From the NCBI RefSeq assembly GCF_013167455.1, contig NZ_CP038328.1: 64,000 nucleotides of DNA; one strand, given 5' to 3'. Shown here piece by piece: positions 1 through 10,979 of the stretch; positions within the stretch are counted from its first letter, which is position 1, and every line of letters begins with the position of its first letter. Position numbers and translations under genes: made by a program. The notes beneath the pieces are model-generated. The model saw only the letters and a list, made by a program, of their open reading frames with translations, was not told the DNA's origin and searched no databases. Source of the stretch: Escherichia coli O157:H7. GTDB taxonomy: Bacteria; Pseudomonadota; Gammaproteobacteria; Enterobacterales; Enterobacteriaceae.

Positions 1-1301
1 ATGGTGGTGATATTACCTTCGGCATCTTTCTCGACGCGTTCTGCCTTAATCACATAAGCATTACGCAGACGCACTTCTTTACCCAGCACCAGACGTTTGT
101 ACTGCTTGTTAGCTTCTTCGCGGAAATCGGAGCGATCAATCCAAATCTCACCGCTAAACGGCACCTGACGGCTCCCCATTTCCGGTTTGTTCGGATGGTT
201 CGGCATGGTAACCATTTCGCCTTCGCCCTGATAGTTTTCGATAACCAGTTTCACCGGATCGATAACCGCCATTGCGCGCGGCGCATTTTCGTTGAGATCT
301 TCACGGATGCAGGATTCCAGCGACGCCATCTCAATGGTGTTGTCCTGCTTGGTCACGCCGATGCGTTTGCAGAACTCACGAATAGAAGCCGCAGTGTAAC
401 CACGACGACGCAGACCGGAAATGGTCGGCATACGCGGGTCATCCCAGCCTTCAACGTGCTTGTCGGTCACCAGCAAGTTCAGCTTACGCTTGGACATCAC
501 AGTGTATTCCAGATTCAGGCGCGAGAATTCGTACTGGCGCGGGTGAACAGGAATGGTGATGTTGTCCAGTACCCAGTCGTACAGACGACGGTTATCCTGG
601 AACTCAAGCGTACACAGAGAGTGCGTAATACCTTCCAGGGCATCGCTGATGCAGTGGGTGAAGTCGTACATCGGGTAGATGCACCACTTGTTGCCAGTCT
701 GGTGGTGTTCAGCAAATTTAATGCGGTACAGCACCGGATCGCGCATCACGATAAACGGTGAAGCCATGTCGATTTTCGCACGCAGGCAGGCTTTACCTTC
801 TTCAAAACCGCCGGTACGCATTTTCTCGAACAGCGCCAGGTTCTCTTCAACGCTACGGTCGCGGTACGGGCTGTTTTTACCAGGCTGCGTCAGGGTGCCG
901 CGGTATTCGCGGATCTGTTCCGGCGTCAGTTCATCAACGTACGCCAGGCCTTTATTGATCAGTTCGATCGCATAGGCGTGGAGCTGATCAAAATAATCGG
1001 AGGAGTAACGGACGTTACCAGACCAGTGAAAACCTAACCACTCAACGTCGTTTTTGATCGAATCGACATACTCGATATCTTCTTTTACCGGGTTAGTGTC
1101 GTCGAAACGCAGGTTGCACTGGCCTTTATAGTCCTGGGCGATCCCGAAGTTCAGGCAGATAGATTTCGCATGGCCAATATGCAGATAGCCATTCGGCTCC
1201 GGCGGGAAACGGGTGTGTACTGTGGTGTGCTTACCACTGGCCAGATCTTCATCGATGATCTGACGGATAAAGTTAGTCGGGCGGGCTTCTGCCTCACTCA
1301 T
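1..1301 (-). CDS. glnS: glutaminyl-tRNA synthetase, N-terminal part (3' end runs off the window)
   Basis: Minus-strand frame from ATG at 1299-1301 translates [10 protein letters not shown]...; no stop before the window edge, so it is absent from the ORF track. Recognised from memory of E. coli GlnRS. Confidence 0.9.
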   Translation of the reverse strand, partial: MSEAEARPTNFIRQIIDEDLASGKHTTVHTRFPPEPNGYLHIGHAKSICLNFGIAQDYKGQCNLRFDDTNPVKEDIEYVDSIKNDVEWLGFHWSGNVRYSSDYFDQLHAYAIELINKGLAYVDELTPEQIREYRGTLTQPGKNSPYRDRSVEENLALFEKMRTGGFEEGKACLRAKIDMASPFIVMRDPVLYRIKFAEHHQTGNKWCIYPMYDFTHCISDALEGITHSLCTLEFQDNRRLYDWVLDNITIPVHPRQYEFSRLNLEYTVMSKRKLNLLVTDKHVEGWDDPRMPTISGLRRRGYTAASIREFCKRIGVTKQDNTIEMASLESCIREDLNENAPRAMAVIDPVKLVIENYQGEGEMVTMPNHPNKPEMGSRQVPFSGEIWIDRSDFREEANKQYKRLVLGKEVRLRNAYVIKAERVEKDAEGNITT

Positions 1302-1421
1302 CGTGGATTCCTCAAAGCGTAAACAACGTATAACGGCGTATGATCTTATAAGCGGGACAGGCTGACAACTGTTAGTTAGTGAAAATCGAAAATCTCACTG
1401 AGATTATGGGGATGATTGATG

Positions 1422-1453
1422 AAAAAAAAAGCGGCAGAGAAGATCTCCACCGC
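1422..1453 (-). terminator. rho-independent terminator downstream of nagE
   Basis: On the minus strand, a GC-rich stem (1431-1453) is followed by a U9 run (plus-strand A9 at 1422-1430), just 3' of the nagE stop. Confidence 0.55.
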
Positions 1454-1465
1454 TTGTCATTGTTG

Positions 1466-1489
1466 GATGCGACGCTCAAGCGTCGCATC
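1466..1489. repeat. REP-like palindrome
   Basis: Perfect inverted repeat gatgcgacgc / gcgtcgcatc typical of enterobacterial REP elements. Confidence 0.5.
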
Positions 1490-1503
1490 AGGCATAAAGC
1501 AGA

Positions 1504-3450
1504 TTACTTTTTGATTTCATACAGCGGTGTTTGACCCGCCACAACATGGCCCTGAGCTTTAATGATCAAGCCACTGAAATCGTCGATATTGCTGCAAACC
1601 ACCGGGCTAATCATCGAACGGGCGTTAGCGTTCAGGTAATCCAGATCCATTTCCAGAATCGGTTGCCCTGCGCTTACCTGCGCGCCCTCTTCCACCAGAC
1701 GTTTAAAGCCTTTACCTTCCAGCGCTACGGTATCGATACCCATGTGAACGACAATCTCCGCGCCTTTTTCGGTTTCCAGGCAGAACGCGTGGTTGGTGTT
1801 GAAGATTTTCACGATTGTTCCTGCGGCTGGTGATACGACGATTTTATCTGTCGGTTTCACCGCCACACCGTCACCCACCGCTTTGCTGGCGAATGCTTCG
1901 TCAGGAACCTGATCCAGTGCCACGACATCACCGGTAATCGGCGATACCAGCTCCGCGATAGATACCGCGTTTGGTACAGCCTGCGGTTTTGCTACAGGAG
2001 CGGCAGTTGCCGGAGTTGCTTCAGCAGAGGCAGCTGCTACCGGGCCACGGGCAACGACTTTCTTCATCGCATCGCCGATGGATTCTGCTTTCGCGCCAAC
2101 AATCACCTGAATAGTCTGTTTGTTCAGTTTTACTACCCCAGAAGCCCCCAGACGTTTACACATCGTATCGTTAACGCGGGCAGAGTCAGCCACGGTAAGG
2201 CGCAGACGGGTGATACAGGCGTCAATTGCTTTCAGGTTGTCAGTGCCGCCAACCGCAGCAATATAGTTGGTCGCCAGTTGATTGAGGCCTTCTTCAGTGT
2301 TGCTGTTGGCTTCTTCAGTAACGATCTCGTCTTCTTTATCTTCACGACCCGGCGTTTTCAGGTTGAACATGCGGATAACCAAACTGAACACCACGAAGTA
2401 GATAGCGAAGAAGACAACACCCATAACCAGCAGCATCCAGACGTTCTGGCTGGCGGCCGGCAGGTTATACATCAACGCGTAGTCGATAGCCCCCGCAGAG
2501 AAAGAGAAGCCGGCATGGATACCCAGCAGCGTTGCCACAAACAGGCTGATACCGGTCAGCAGTGCGTGCAGGAGGTACAGCAGCGGAGCAAGGAACATGA
2601 ACAGGAATTCCAGCGGCTCAGTCACACCGGTCAGGAACGCAGTAACAGCAACAGAAAGCAGCATCCCGCCAACCATCGGACGACGCTCTTTCGGTGCTGC
2701 GAAGTACATCGCCAGCGCCGCACCCGGCAGGCCGAACATCATGATCGGGAAGAAGCCGGACATGAACATCCCCGCGGTGCCGTCACCAGCGTAGAAACGG
2801 TTGATGTCGCCGTGGAAAACCGTACCCGCCGCGTTGGTGAATTCACCAATCTGGAACCAGGCGATGGTGTTCAGCACCTGATGCAGACCGGTTGGGATCA
2901 ACAGACGGTTGATGAAACCAAAGATACCGGAACCCAGCGCGCCCGCAGAAACGATCCACTCGCCGCCTGCATGGATAGCGTGCTGTACCGGCGGCCAGAC
3001 GTAACCAAAAATGGCCGCCAGCACCAGACAGAAGAAGCCGGTGGCGATCGGCACAAAGCGTTTGCCGCCGAAGAAGCTCAGGAAGTCCGGCAGTTTAATA
3101 TCGGACCAACGGTTATAGGCTGCGCCACCAACCAGACCGGTAATGATACCCGCCAGTACACCCATGTTAATTTCTGGGTTGATGGTCACCATCGCTTTGG
3201 TTAACACAAAGTAACCTACCGCCCCCGCCAGCGCCGCCGCACCTGCGCTGTCTTTCGACCAGCTGGATGCCACACCGATGGCGAAGATTAATGCGAGGTT
3301 ATCAAAAATCGCACCGCCCGCCTGGGCAATAAACGCAACGTTAAGTAAATCTGGCTGACCGAATCGCAGCAACAGTGCCGCCACCGGCAGCACCGCGATA
3401 GGGAGCTGTAACGCCCTACCGAGTCGCTGGAAAAAACCTAAAATATTCAT
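1504..3450 (-). CDS. nagE: PTS N-acetylglucosamine-specific EIICBA component
   Basis: 648-aa ORF with multi-TM N-terminus and C-terminal EIIB/EIIA domains; divergent from nagBACD as in E. coli. Confidence 0.95.
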   Translation of the reverse strand: MNILGFFQRLGRALQLPIAVLPVAALLLRFGQPDLLNVAFIAQAGGAIFDNLALIFAIGVASSWSKDSAGAAALAGAVGYFVLTKAMVTINPEINMGVLAGIITGLVGGAAYNRWSDIKLPDFLSFFGGKRFVPIATGFFCLVLAAIFGYVWPPVQHAIHAGGEWIVSAGALGSGIFGFINRLLIPTGLHQVLNTIAWFQIGEFTNAAGTVFHGDINRFYAGDGTAGMFMSGFFPIMMFGLPGAALAMYFAAPKERRPMVGGMLLSVAVTAFLTGVTEPLEFLFMFLAPLLYLLHALLTGISLFVATLLGIHAGFSFSAGAIDYALMYNLPAASQNVWMLLVMGVVFFAIYFVVFSLVIRMFNLKTPGREDKEDEIVTEEANSNTEEGLNQLATNYIAAVGGTDNLKAIDACITRLRLTVADSARVNDTMCKRLGASGVVKLNKQTIQVIVGAKAESIGDAMKKVVARGPVAAASAEATPATAAPVAKPQAVPNAVSIAELVSPITGDVVALDQVPDEAFASKAVGDGVAVKPTDKIVVSPAAGTIVKIFNTNHAFCLETEKGAEIVVHMGIDTVALEGKGFKRLVEEGAQVSAGQPILEMDLDYLNANARSMISPVVCSNIDDFSGLIIKAQGHVVAGQTPLYEIKK

Positions 3451-3571
3451 CTTATTCCCCCTACGAGAACCCTATTTGGCTCGTTTAAAGCCGTATTTTT
3501 ATTGTGCTGCAAATTGTACTGCCGATGTTCTGTAATCAGATTGTTAGATCATCTGCCACAGAGTGTGTGAA

Positions 3572-3596
3572 AATTTAATTCGTATCGCAAATTAAA
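3572..3596. promoter_or_regulatory. NagC operator (nagE-proximal)
   Basis: Sequence aatttaattcgtatcgcaaattaaa matches the remembered NagC operator with its TTTAATT ... AATTAAA symmetry. Confidence 0.6.
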
Positions 3597-3604
3597 CGAG
3601 TGTC

Positions 3605-3626
3605 TTTTGTGAGTTTTGTCACCAAA
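3605..3626. promoter_or_regulatory. CRP binding site in the nagE-nagB divergent region
   Basis: tgtgagttttgtcacc fits TGTGA-N6-TCACA, lying between the two NagC operators. Confidence 0.55.
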
Positions 3627-3667
3627 TATCGTTATCATCACTCCCTTTTACTGGCTAAACCAGAAAA

Positions 3668-3691
3668 CTTATTTTATCATTCAAAAAATCA
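3668..3691. promoter_or_regulatory. NagC operator (nagB-proximal)
   Basis: cttattttatcattcaaaaaatca, an AT-rich NagC-type operator about 90 bp upstream of nagB. Confidence 0.5.
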
Positions 3692-3782
3692 GGTCGGATT
3701 GACGCCTGTCTGCGCAAATCCAGGTTACGCTTAAAGATGCCTAATCCGCCAACGGCTTACATTTTACTTATTGAGGTGAATA

Positions 3783-5791
<2,009 letters not shown>

Positions 5792-5799
5792 GAGAAAGT

Positions 5800-7020
5800 A
5801 TGACACCAGGCGGACAAGCTCAGATAGGTAATGTTGATCTCGTAAAACAGCTTAACAGCGCGGCGGTTTATCGCCTGATTGACCAGTACGGGCCAATCTC
5901 GCGGATTCAGATTGCCGAGCAAAGCCAGCTTGCCCCCGCCAGCGTAACCAAAATTACGCGTCAGCTTATCGAACGCGGGCTGATCAAAGAAGTTGATCAG
6001 CAGGCCTCCACCGGGGGCCGCCGCGCTATCTCTATCGTCACCGAAACCCGCAATTTCCACGCAATCGGCGTACGGCTTGGTCGTCACGACGCCACCATCA
6101 CCCTGTTTGATCTCAGCAGCAAAGTGCTGGCAGAAGAACATTACCCGCTGCCGGAACGTACCCAGCAGACGCTGGAACATGCCCTGCTGAATGCCATTGC
6201 TCAGTTTATTGATAGCTACCAGCGCAAACTGCGCGAGCTGATCGCCATTTCCGTTATCCTGCCAGGACTTGTTGACCCGGACAGCGGCAAAATTCATTAC
6301 ATGCCGCATATTCAGGTAGAAAACTGGGGGCTGGTAGAAGCACTGGAAGAGCGTTTTAAAGTGACCTGTTTCGTTGGTCACGATATCCGTAGTCTGGCGC
6401 TGGCGGAGCACTACTTCGGTGCAAGTCAGGATTGCGAAGACTCCATTCTGGTGCGTGTCCATCGCGGAACCGGGGCCGGGATTATCTCTAACGGGCGCAT
6501 TTTTATTGGCCGCAACGGCAACGTCGGTGAAATTGGCCATATTCAGGTCGAACCGCTGGGTGAACGCTGCCACTGCGGCAACTTTGGCTGCCTGGAAACT
6601 ATCGCTGCCAACGCCGCTATTGAACAACGGGTGTTGAATCTGTTAAAGCAGGGCTACCAGAGCCGCGTGCCGCTGGACGACTGCACCATCAAAACTATCT
6701 GCAAAGCCGCGAACAAAGGCGATAGCCTGGCCTCGGAAGTGATTGAGTATGTCGGTCGTCATCTGGGCAAAACCATCGCCATTGCTATCAACTTATTTAA
6801 TCCGCAAAAAATTGTTATTGCCGGTGAAATCACCGAAGCCGATAAAGTGCTGCTCCCTGCTATTGAAAGCTGCATTAATACTCAGGCGCTGAAGGCGTTT
6901 CGTACTAATCTGCCGGTGGTACGTTCTGAGCTAGACCACCGCTCGGCAATCGGTGCTTTTGCGCTGGTAAAACGCGCCATGCTCAACGGTATTTTGCTCC
7001 AGCATTTGCTGGAAAATTAA
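5800..7020 (+). CDS. nagC: ROK-family transcriptional regulator of the nag regulon
   Basis: 406-aa ORF with N-terminal HTH and ROK zinc motif (CHCGNFGC). Confidence 0.95.
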   Translation: MTPGGQAQIGNVDLVKQLNSAAVYRLIDQYGPISRIQIAEQSQLAPASVTKITRQLIERGLIKEVDQQASTGGRRAISIVTETRNFHAIGVRLGRHDATITLFDLSSKVLAEEHYPLPERTQQTLEHALLNAIAQFIDSYQRKLRELIAISVILPGLVDPDSGKIHYMPHIQVENWGLVEALEERFKVTCFVGHDIRSLALAEHYFGASQDCEDSILVRVHRGTGAGIISNGRIFIGRNGNVGEIGHIQVEPLGERCHCGNFGCLETIAANAAIEQRVLNLLKQGYQSRVPLDDCTIKTICKAANKGDSLASEVIEYVGRHLGKTIAIAINLFNPQKIVIAGEITEADKVLLPAIESCINTQALKAFRTNLPVVRSELDHRSAIGAFALVKRAMLNGILLQHLLEN

Positions 7021-7067
7021 TGTGCTTTTATAGTGGCGCTTATTGTTGTCAATATTCTGGGTAGTCC

Positions 7068-7820
7068 ATGACCATTAAAAATGTAATTTGCGATATCGAC
7101 GGCGTGCTGATGCACGATAACGTCGCCGTACCGGGTGCAGCGGAATTTTTGCACGGGATTATGGATAAAGGCCTGCCGCTGGTGTTGCTGACCAACTATC
7201 CTTCGCAGACCGGGCAAGATCTGGCGAACCGCTTTGCCACTGCCGGTGTCGATGTACCTGACAGCGTGTTTTATACCTCTGCGATGGCGACCGCCGATTT
7301 CCTGCGTCGCCAGGAAGGCAAGAAAGCGTATGTTGTGGGCGAAGGCGCACTGATTCATGAACTGTACAAAGCCGGTTTCACTATTACCGATGTGAACCCT
7401 GATTTTGTGATTGTTGGCGAAACGCGTTCCTACAACTGGGACATGATGCATAAAGCGGCCTATTTCGTCGCTAACGGTGCACGCTTTATCGCCACCAACC
7501 CGGACACCCACGGGCGCGGTTTTTATCCGGCCTGTGGCGCGTTGTGTGCAGGGATTGAGAAAATCTCCGGGCGCAAACCGTTCTATGTTGGTAAGCCGAG
7601 TCCGTGGATTATCCGCGCGGCATTAAACAAAATGCAGGCACATTCGGAAGAAACGGTGATTGTCGGCGATAACCTGCGTACCGATATTCTGGCCGGCTTC
7701 CAGGCAGGTCTGGAGACGATTCTGGTGCTTTCTGGTGTTTCGTCGCTCGACGATATCGACAGTATGCCTTTCCGCCCCAGCTGGATTTACCCGTCAGTCG
7801 CTGAAATCGACGTTATCTGA
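7068..7820 (+). CDS. umpH: HAD-family UMP phosphatase
   Basis: 250-aa ORF with DxDG HAD motif (CDIDGVL); the nagD position in the nag operon. Confidence 0.9.
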   Translation: MTIKNVICDIDGVLMHDNVAVPGAAEFLHGIMDKGLPLVLLTNYPSQTGQDLANRFATAGVDVPDSVFYTSAMATADFLRRQEGKKAYVVGEGALIHELYKAGFTITDVNPDFVIVGETRSYNWDMMHKAAYFVANGARFIATNPDTHGRGFYPACGALCAGIEKISGRKPFYVGKPSPWIIRAALNKMQAHSEETVIVGDNLRTDILAGFQAGLETILVLSGVSSLDDIDSMPFRPSWIYPSVAEIDVI

Positions 7821-7825
7821 ATAGC

Positions 7826-7857
7826 AACCACGTCTCAGGACGTGGTTTCTTATTTTT
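7826..7857 (+). terminator. rho-independent terminator after nagD/umpH
   Basis: Stem aaccacgtc / gacgtggtt followed by a T-rich run. Confidence 0.6.
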
Positions 7858-8076
7858 ACCCATCATTAAAATCATCCCATTCAATAAAACCCGCCAAAAA
7901 TTATCGATCCATCAATAAATACATCACCGCACCCTCCCCTTTTTCACAAATCAGCAATCACCATTACGTTTTTTATTTTTTCACCGCCAAATCGCTTGCG
8001 CACAGTGCTGCTTTGCGGCATTTTTTTAAACAAGCAAACACAACAAGCAACAAATACCAGGTTAACGGAGAAGGTT

Positions 8077-9741
8077 ATGTGTTCAATTTTTGGCGTATTC
8101 GATATCAAAACAGACGCAGTTGAGCTGCGTAAGAAAGCACTCGAGCTGTCACGCCTGATGCGTCATCGTGGCCCGGACTGGTCCGGTATTTATGCCAGCG
8201 ATAAAGCCATTCTCGCTCACGAACGTCTGTCAATTGTTGACGTTAACGCGGGGGCGCAACCTCTCTACAACCAACAAAAAACCCACGTACTGGCGGTAAA
8301 CGGTGAAATCTACAATCACCAGGCATTGCGCGCTGAATATGGCGATCGTTATCAGTTCCAGACAGGGTCTGACTGTGAAGTGATCCTCGCGCTGTATCAG
8401 GAAAAAGGGCCGGAATTTCTCGACGACTTGCAGGGCATGTTTGCCTTTGCCCTGTACGACAGCGAAAAAGATGCCTACCTGATTGGTCGCGACCATCTGG
8501 GGATCATCCCACTGTATATGGGCTATGACGAACACGGTCAGCTGTATGTGGCCTCAGAAATGAAAGCCCTGGTGCCAGTTTGCCGCACGATTAAAGAGTT
8601 CCCGGCGGGGAGCTATTTGTGGAGTCAGGACGGCGAAATTCGTTCTTATTATCATCGCGACTGGTTCGACTTTGATGCAGTGAAAGATAACGTGACCGAC
8701 AAAAACGAGCTGCGTCAGGCTCTGGAAGATTCCGTTAAAAGCCATCTGATGTCTGATGTGCCTTACGGTGTGCTGCTTTCTGGTGGTCTGGATTCCTCAA
8801 TTATTTCCGCTATCACCAAGAAATACGCAGCCCGTCGCGTGGAAGATCAGGAACGCTCTGAAGCCTGGTGGCCGCAGTTACACTCCTTTGCTGTAGGTCT
8901 GCCGGGTTCACCGGATCTGAAAGCAGCCCAGGAAGTGGCAAACCATCTGGGCACTGTGCATCATGAAATTCACTTCACTGTACAGGAAGGTCTGGACGCC
9001 ATCCGCTACGTGATTTACCACATCGAAACCTATGATGTGACCACTATTCGCGCTTCAACACCGATGTATTTAATGTCGCGTAAGATCAAAGCGATGGGCA
9101 TTAAAATGGTGCTGTCCGGTGAAGGTTCTGATGAAGTGTTCGGCGGTTATCTTTACTTCCACAAAGCACCGAATGCCAAAGAACTGCATGAAGAGACGGT
9201 GCGTAAACTGCTGGCCCTGCATATGTATGACTGCGCGCGTGCCAACAAAGCGATGTCAGCCTGGGGCGTGGAAGCACGCGTTCCGTTCCTCGACAAGAAA
9301 TTCCTCGACGTGGCGATGCGCATTAACCCGCAGGATAAAATGTGCGGTAACGGCAAGATGGAAAAACACATCCTGCGTGAATGTTTTGAGTCATACCTGC
9401 CCGCAAGCGTGGCCTGGCGGCAGAAAGAGCAGTTCTCCGATGGCGTCGGTTACAGTTGGATCGACACCCTGAAAGAAGTGGCGGCGCAGCAGGTTTCTGA
9501 TCAACAGCTGGAAACTGCCCGCTTCCGCTTCCCGTACAACACACCGACCTCAAAAGAAGCGTATCTGTACCGGGAGATCTTTGAAGAACTATTCCCGCTT
9601 CCGAGCGCCGCTGAGTGCGTGCCGGGCGGTCCTTCCGTCGCGTGTTCTTCCGCTAAAGCGATCGAATGGGATGAAGCGTTCAAGAAAATGGACGATCCGT
9701 CTGGTCGCGCGGTTGGTGTTCACCAGTCGGCGTATAAGTAA
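8077..9741 (+). CDS. asnB: asparagine synthetase B (glutamine-hydrolysing)
   Basis: Starts MCSIFGVF (class II amidotransferase N-terminal Cys); 554 aa. The ORF track's upstream ATG at 7996 is an in-frame extension. Confidence 0.95.
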   Translation: MCSIFGVFDIKTDAVELRKKALELSRLMRHRGPDWSGIYASDKAILAHERLSIVDVNAGAQPLYNQQKTHVLAVNGEIYNHQALRAEYGDRYQFQTGSDCEVILALYQEKGPEFLDDLQGMFAFALYDSEKDAYLIGRDHLGIIPLYMGYDEHGQLYVASEMKALVPVCRTIKEFPAGSYLWSQDGEIRSYYHRDWFDFDAVKDNVTDKNELRQALEDSVKSHLMSDVPYGVLLSGGLDSSIISAITKKYAARRVEDQERSEAWWPQLHSFAVGLPGSPDLKAAQEVANHLGTVHHEIHFTVQEGLDAIRYVIYHIETYDVTTIRASTPMYLMSRKIKAMGIKMVLSGEGSDEVFGGYLYFHKAPNAKELHEETVRKLLALHMYDCARANKAMSAWGVEARVPFLDKKFLDVAMRINPQDKMCGNGKMEKHILRECFESYLPASVAWRQKEQFSDGVGYSWIDTLKEVAAQQVSDQQLETARFRFPYNTPTSKEAYLYREIFEELFPLPSAAECVPGGPSVACSSAKAIEWDEAFKKMDDPSGRAVGVHQSAYK

Positions 9742-9749
9742 GAAATGCG

Positions 9750-9785
9750 AAACAGCCCCGGTGAAATCCGGGGCTGTTTCAGTTA
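9750..9785 (+). terminator. rho-independent terminator after asnB
   Basis: Stem aacagccccgg / ccggggctgtt followed by a T-rich tail. Confidence 0.6.
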
Positions 9786-10051
9786 TTGAGGTGCTTGTTG
9801 ATTCTGATATGCAGTAAGGAAATGTTCCGGGTTTGCCACATCACTGTTTGACAACTCATCACTGTAGGCCAGTATTTCATAGATTAATTTCCCACCACTA
9901 TTGTTAAATTCCGAATTTCATCCTGTATGACAAAAGAATGGCTGTAGGGTGGGAAAAAACACAAAGTAAACAATAATTGACGAATATAGCGCCACGCTGT
10001 TCGCAACCTAACCAAACAGTCACTTTCGAGCAATTTTCCTTGAAAAAGAGG

Positions 10052-10080
10052 TTGACGCTGCAAGGCTCTATACGCATAAT
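10052..10080 (+). promoter_or_regulatory. candidate sigma70 promoter of the metT tRNA operon
   Basis: TTGACG (-35), 17-bp spacer, CATAAT (-10), GC-rich discriminator gcgcc, about 40 bp upstream of the first tRNA. Confidence 0.5.
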
Positions 10081-10120
10081 GCGCCCCGCAACGCCGATAA
10101 GGTATCGCGAAAAAAAAGAT

Positions 10121-10197
10121 GGCTACGTAGCTCAGTTGGTTAGAGCACATCACTCATAATGATGGGGTCACAGGTTCGAATCCCGTCGTAGCCACCA
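10121..10197 (+). tRNA. metT: tRNA-Met (elongator, CAU)
   Basis: ggctacgtagctcagttggttagagcacatcactcataatgatgg...gccacca; cloverleaf with CAT anticodon and encoded CCA. Confidence 0.95.
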
Positions 10198-10207
10198 TCT
10201 TTTTTTT

Positions 10208-10292
10208 GCGGGAGTGGCGAAATTGGTAGACGCACCAGATTTAGGTTCTGGCGCCGCAAGGTGTGCGAGTTCAAGTCTCGCCTCCCGCACCA
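10208..10292 (+). tRNA. leuW: tRNA-Leu (long variable arm)
   Basis: gcgggagtggcgaaattggtag...cctcccgcacca, an 85-nt class II tRNA. Confidence 0.9.
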
Positions 10293-10315
10293 TTCACCAG
10301 AAAGCGTTGTACGGA

Positions 10316-10390
10316 TGGGGTATCGCCAAGCGGTAAGGCACCGGTTTTTGATACCGGCATTCCCTGGTTCGAATCCAGGTACCCCAGCCA
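10316..10390 (+). tRNA. glnU: tRNA-Gln (UUG)
   Basis: tggggtatcgccaagcggtaaggcaccggtttttgataccgg... with TTG anticodon and CCA end. Confidence 0.95.
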
Positions 10391-10424
10391 TCTTCTTTGA
10401 GTAAGCGGTTCACCGCCCGGTTAT

Positions 10425-10499
10425 TGGGGTATCGCCAAGCGGTAAGGCACCGGTTTTTGATACCGGCATTCCCTGGTTCGAATCCAGGTACCCCAGCCA
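10425..10499 (+). tRNA. glnW: tRNA-Gln (UUG), identical copy
   Basis: Identical to the 10316-10390 sequence. Confidence 0.95.
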
Positions 10500-10514
10500 T
10501 CGAAGAAACAATCT

Positions 10515-10591
10515 GGCTACGTAGCTCAGTTGGTTAGAGCACATCACTCATAATGATGGGGTCACAGGTTCGAATCCCGTCGTAGCCACCA
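10515..10591 (+). tRNA. metU: tRNA-Met (elongator, CAU), second copy
   Basis: Identical to the metT sequence. Confidence 0.95.
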
Positions 10592-10639
10592 AATTCTGAA
10601 TGTGTCGAATACGTTCGGCAAATTCAAAAACCAATTTGT

Positions 10640-10714
10640 TGGGGTATCGCCAAGCGGTAAGGCACCGGATTCTGATTCCGGCATTCCGAGGTTCGAATCC
10701 TCGTACCCCAGCCA
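10640..10714 (+). tRNA. glnV: tRNA-Gln (CUG), wild-type anticodon
   Basis: tggggtatcgccaagcggtaaggcaccggattctgattccgg...; anticodon CTG, not the CTA of supE. Confidence 0.95.
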
Positions 10715-10751
10715 ATTTATTCAAGACGCTTACCTTGTAAGTGCACCCAGT

Positions 10752-10826
10752 TGGGGTATCGCCAAGCGGTAAGGCACCGGATTCTGATTCCGGCATTCCG
10801 AGGTTCGAATCCTCGTACCCCAGCCA
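10752..10826 (+). tRNA. glnX: tRNA-Gln (CUG), second copy
   Basis: Identical to the 10640-10714 sequence. Confidence 0.95.
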
Positions 10827-10831
10827 CATTA

Positions 10832-10862
10832 AAAAAGCTCGCTTCGGCGAGCTTTTTGCTTT
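10832..10862 (+). terminator. rho-independent terminator of the tRNA operon
   Basis: aaaaagctcgc ttcg gcgagcttttt followed by gcttttc. Confidence 0.7.
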
Positions 10863-10875
10863 TCTGCGTTCACTC

Positions 10876-10974
10876 AATGTCGAATGCGATGTTGACACGT
10901 CTTATCCTTCAATGTCGGATGCGACGCTGCCGCGTCTTATCCGACCTACGGTTGGCACGCATCCGGCAATGTTG
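10876..10974. repeat. REP/BIME-like cluster between the tRNA operon and ubiF
   Basis: Repeated gatgcgacg...cgtcttatcc motifs and ggcacgcatccggca palindromes. Confidence 0.5.
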
Positions 10975-10979
10975 TAAGG

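Noticed and set aside
2278-3204. 308-aa plus-strand ORF antisense to nagE
   Set aside because: Inside nagE; highly charged low-complexity translation; spurious.
7842-8123. 93-aa ORF upstream of asnB and the 27-codon N-terminal extension of asnB
   Set aside because: They fall in the asnB promoter/leader; asnB must start at MCSIFGVF because the catalytic Cys follows the initiator Met.
10640-10826. Possible supE amber-suppressor allele in glnV/glnX that could read through the ybeQ TAG
   Set aside because: Both copies have the wild-type CTG anticodon (ggattctgattcc), not CTA.
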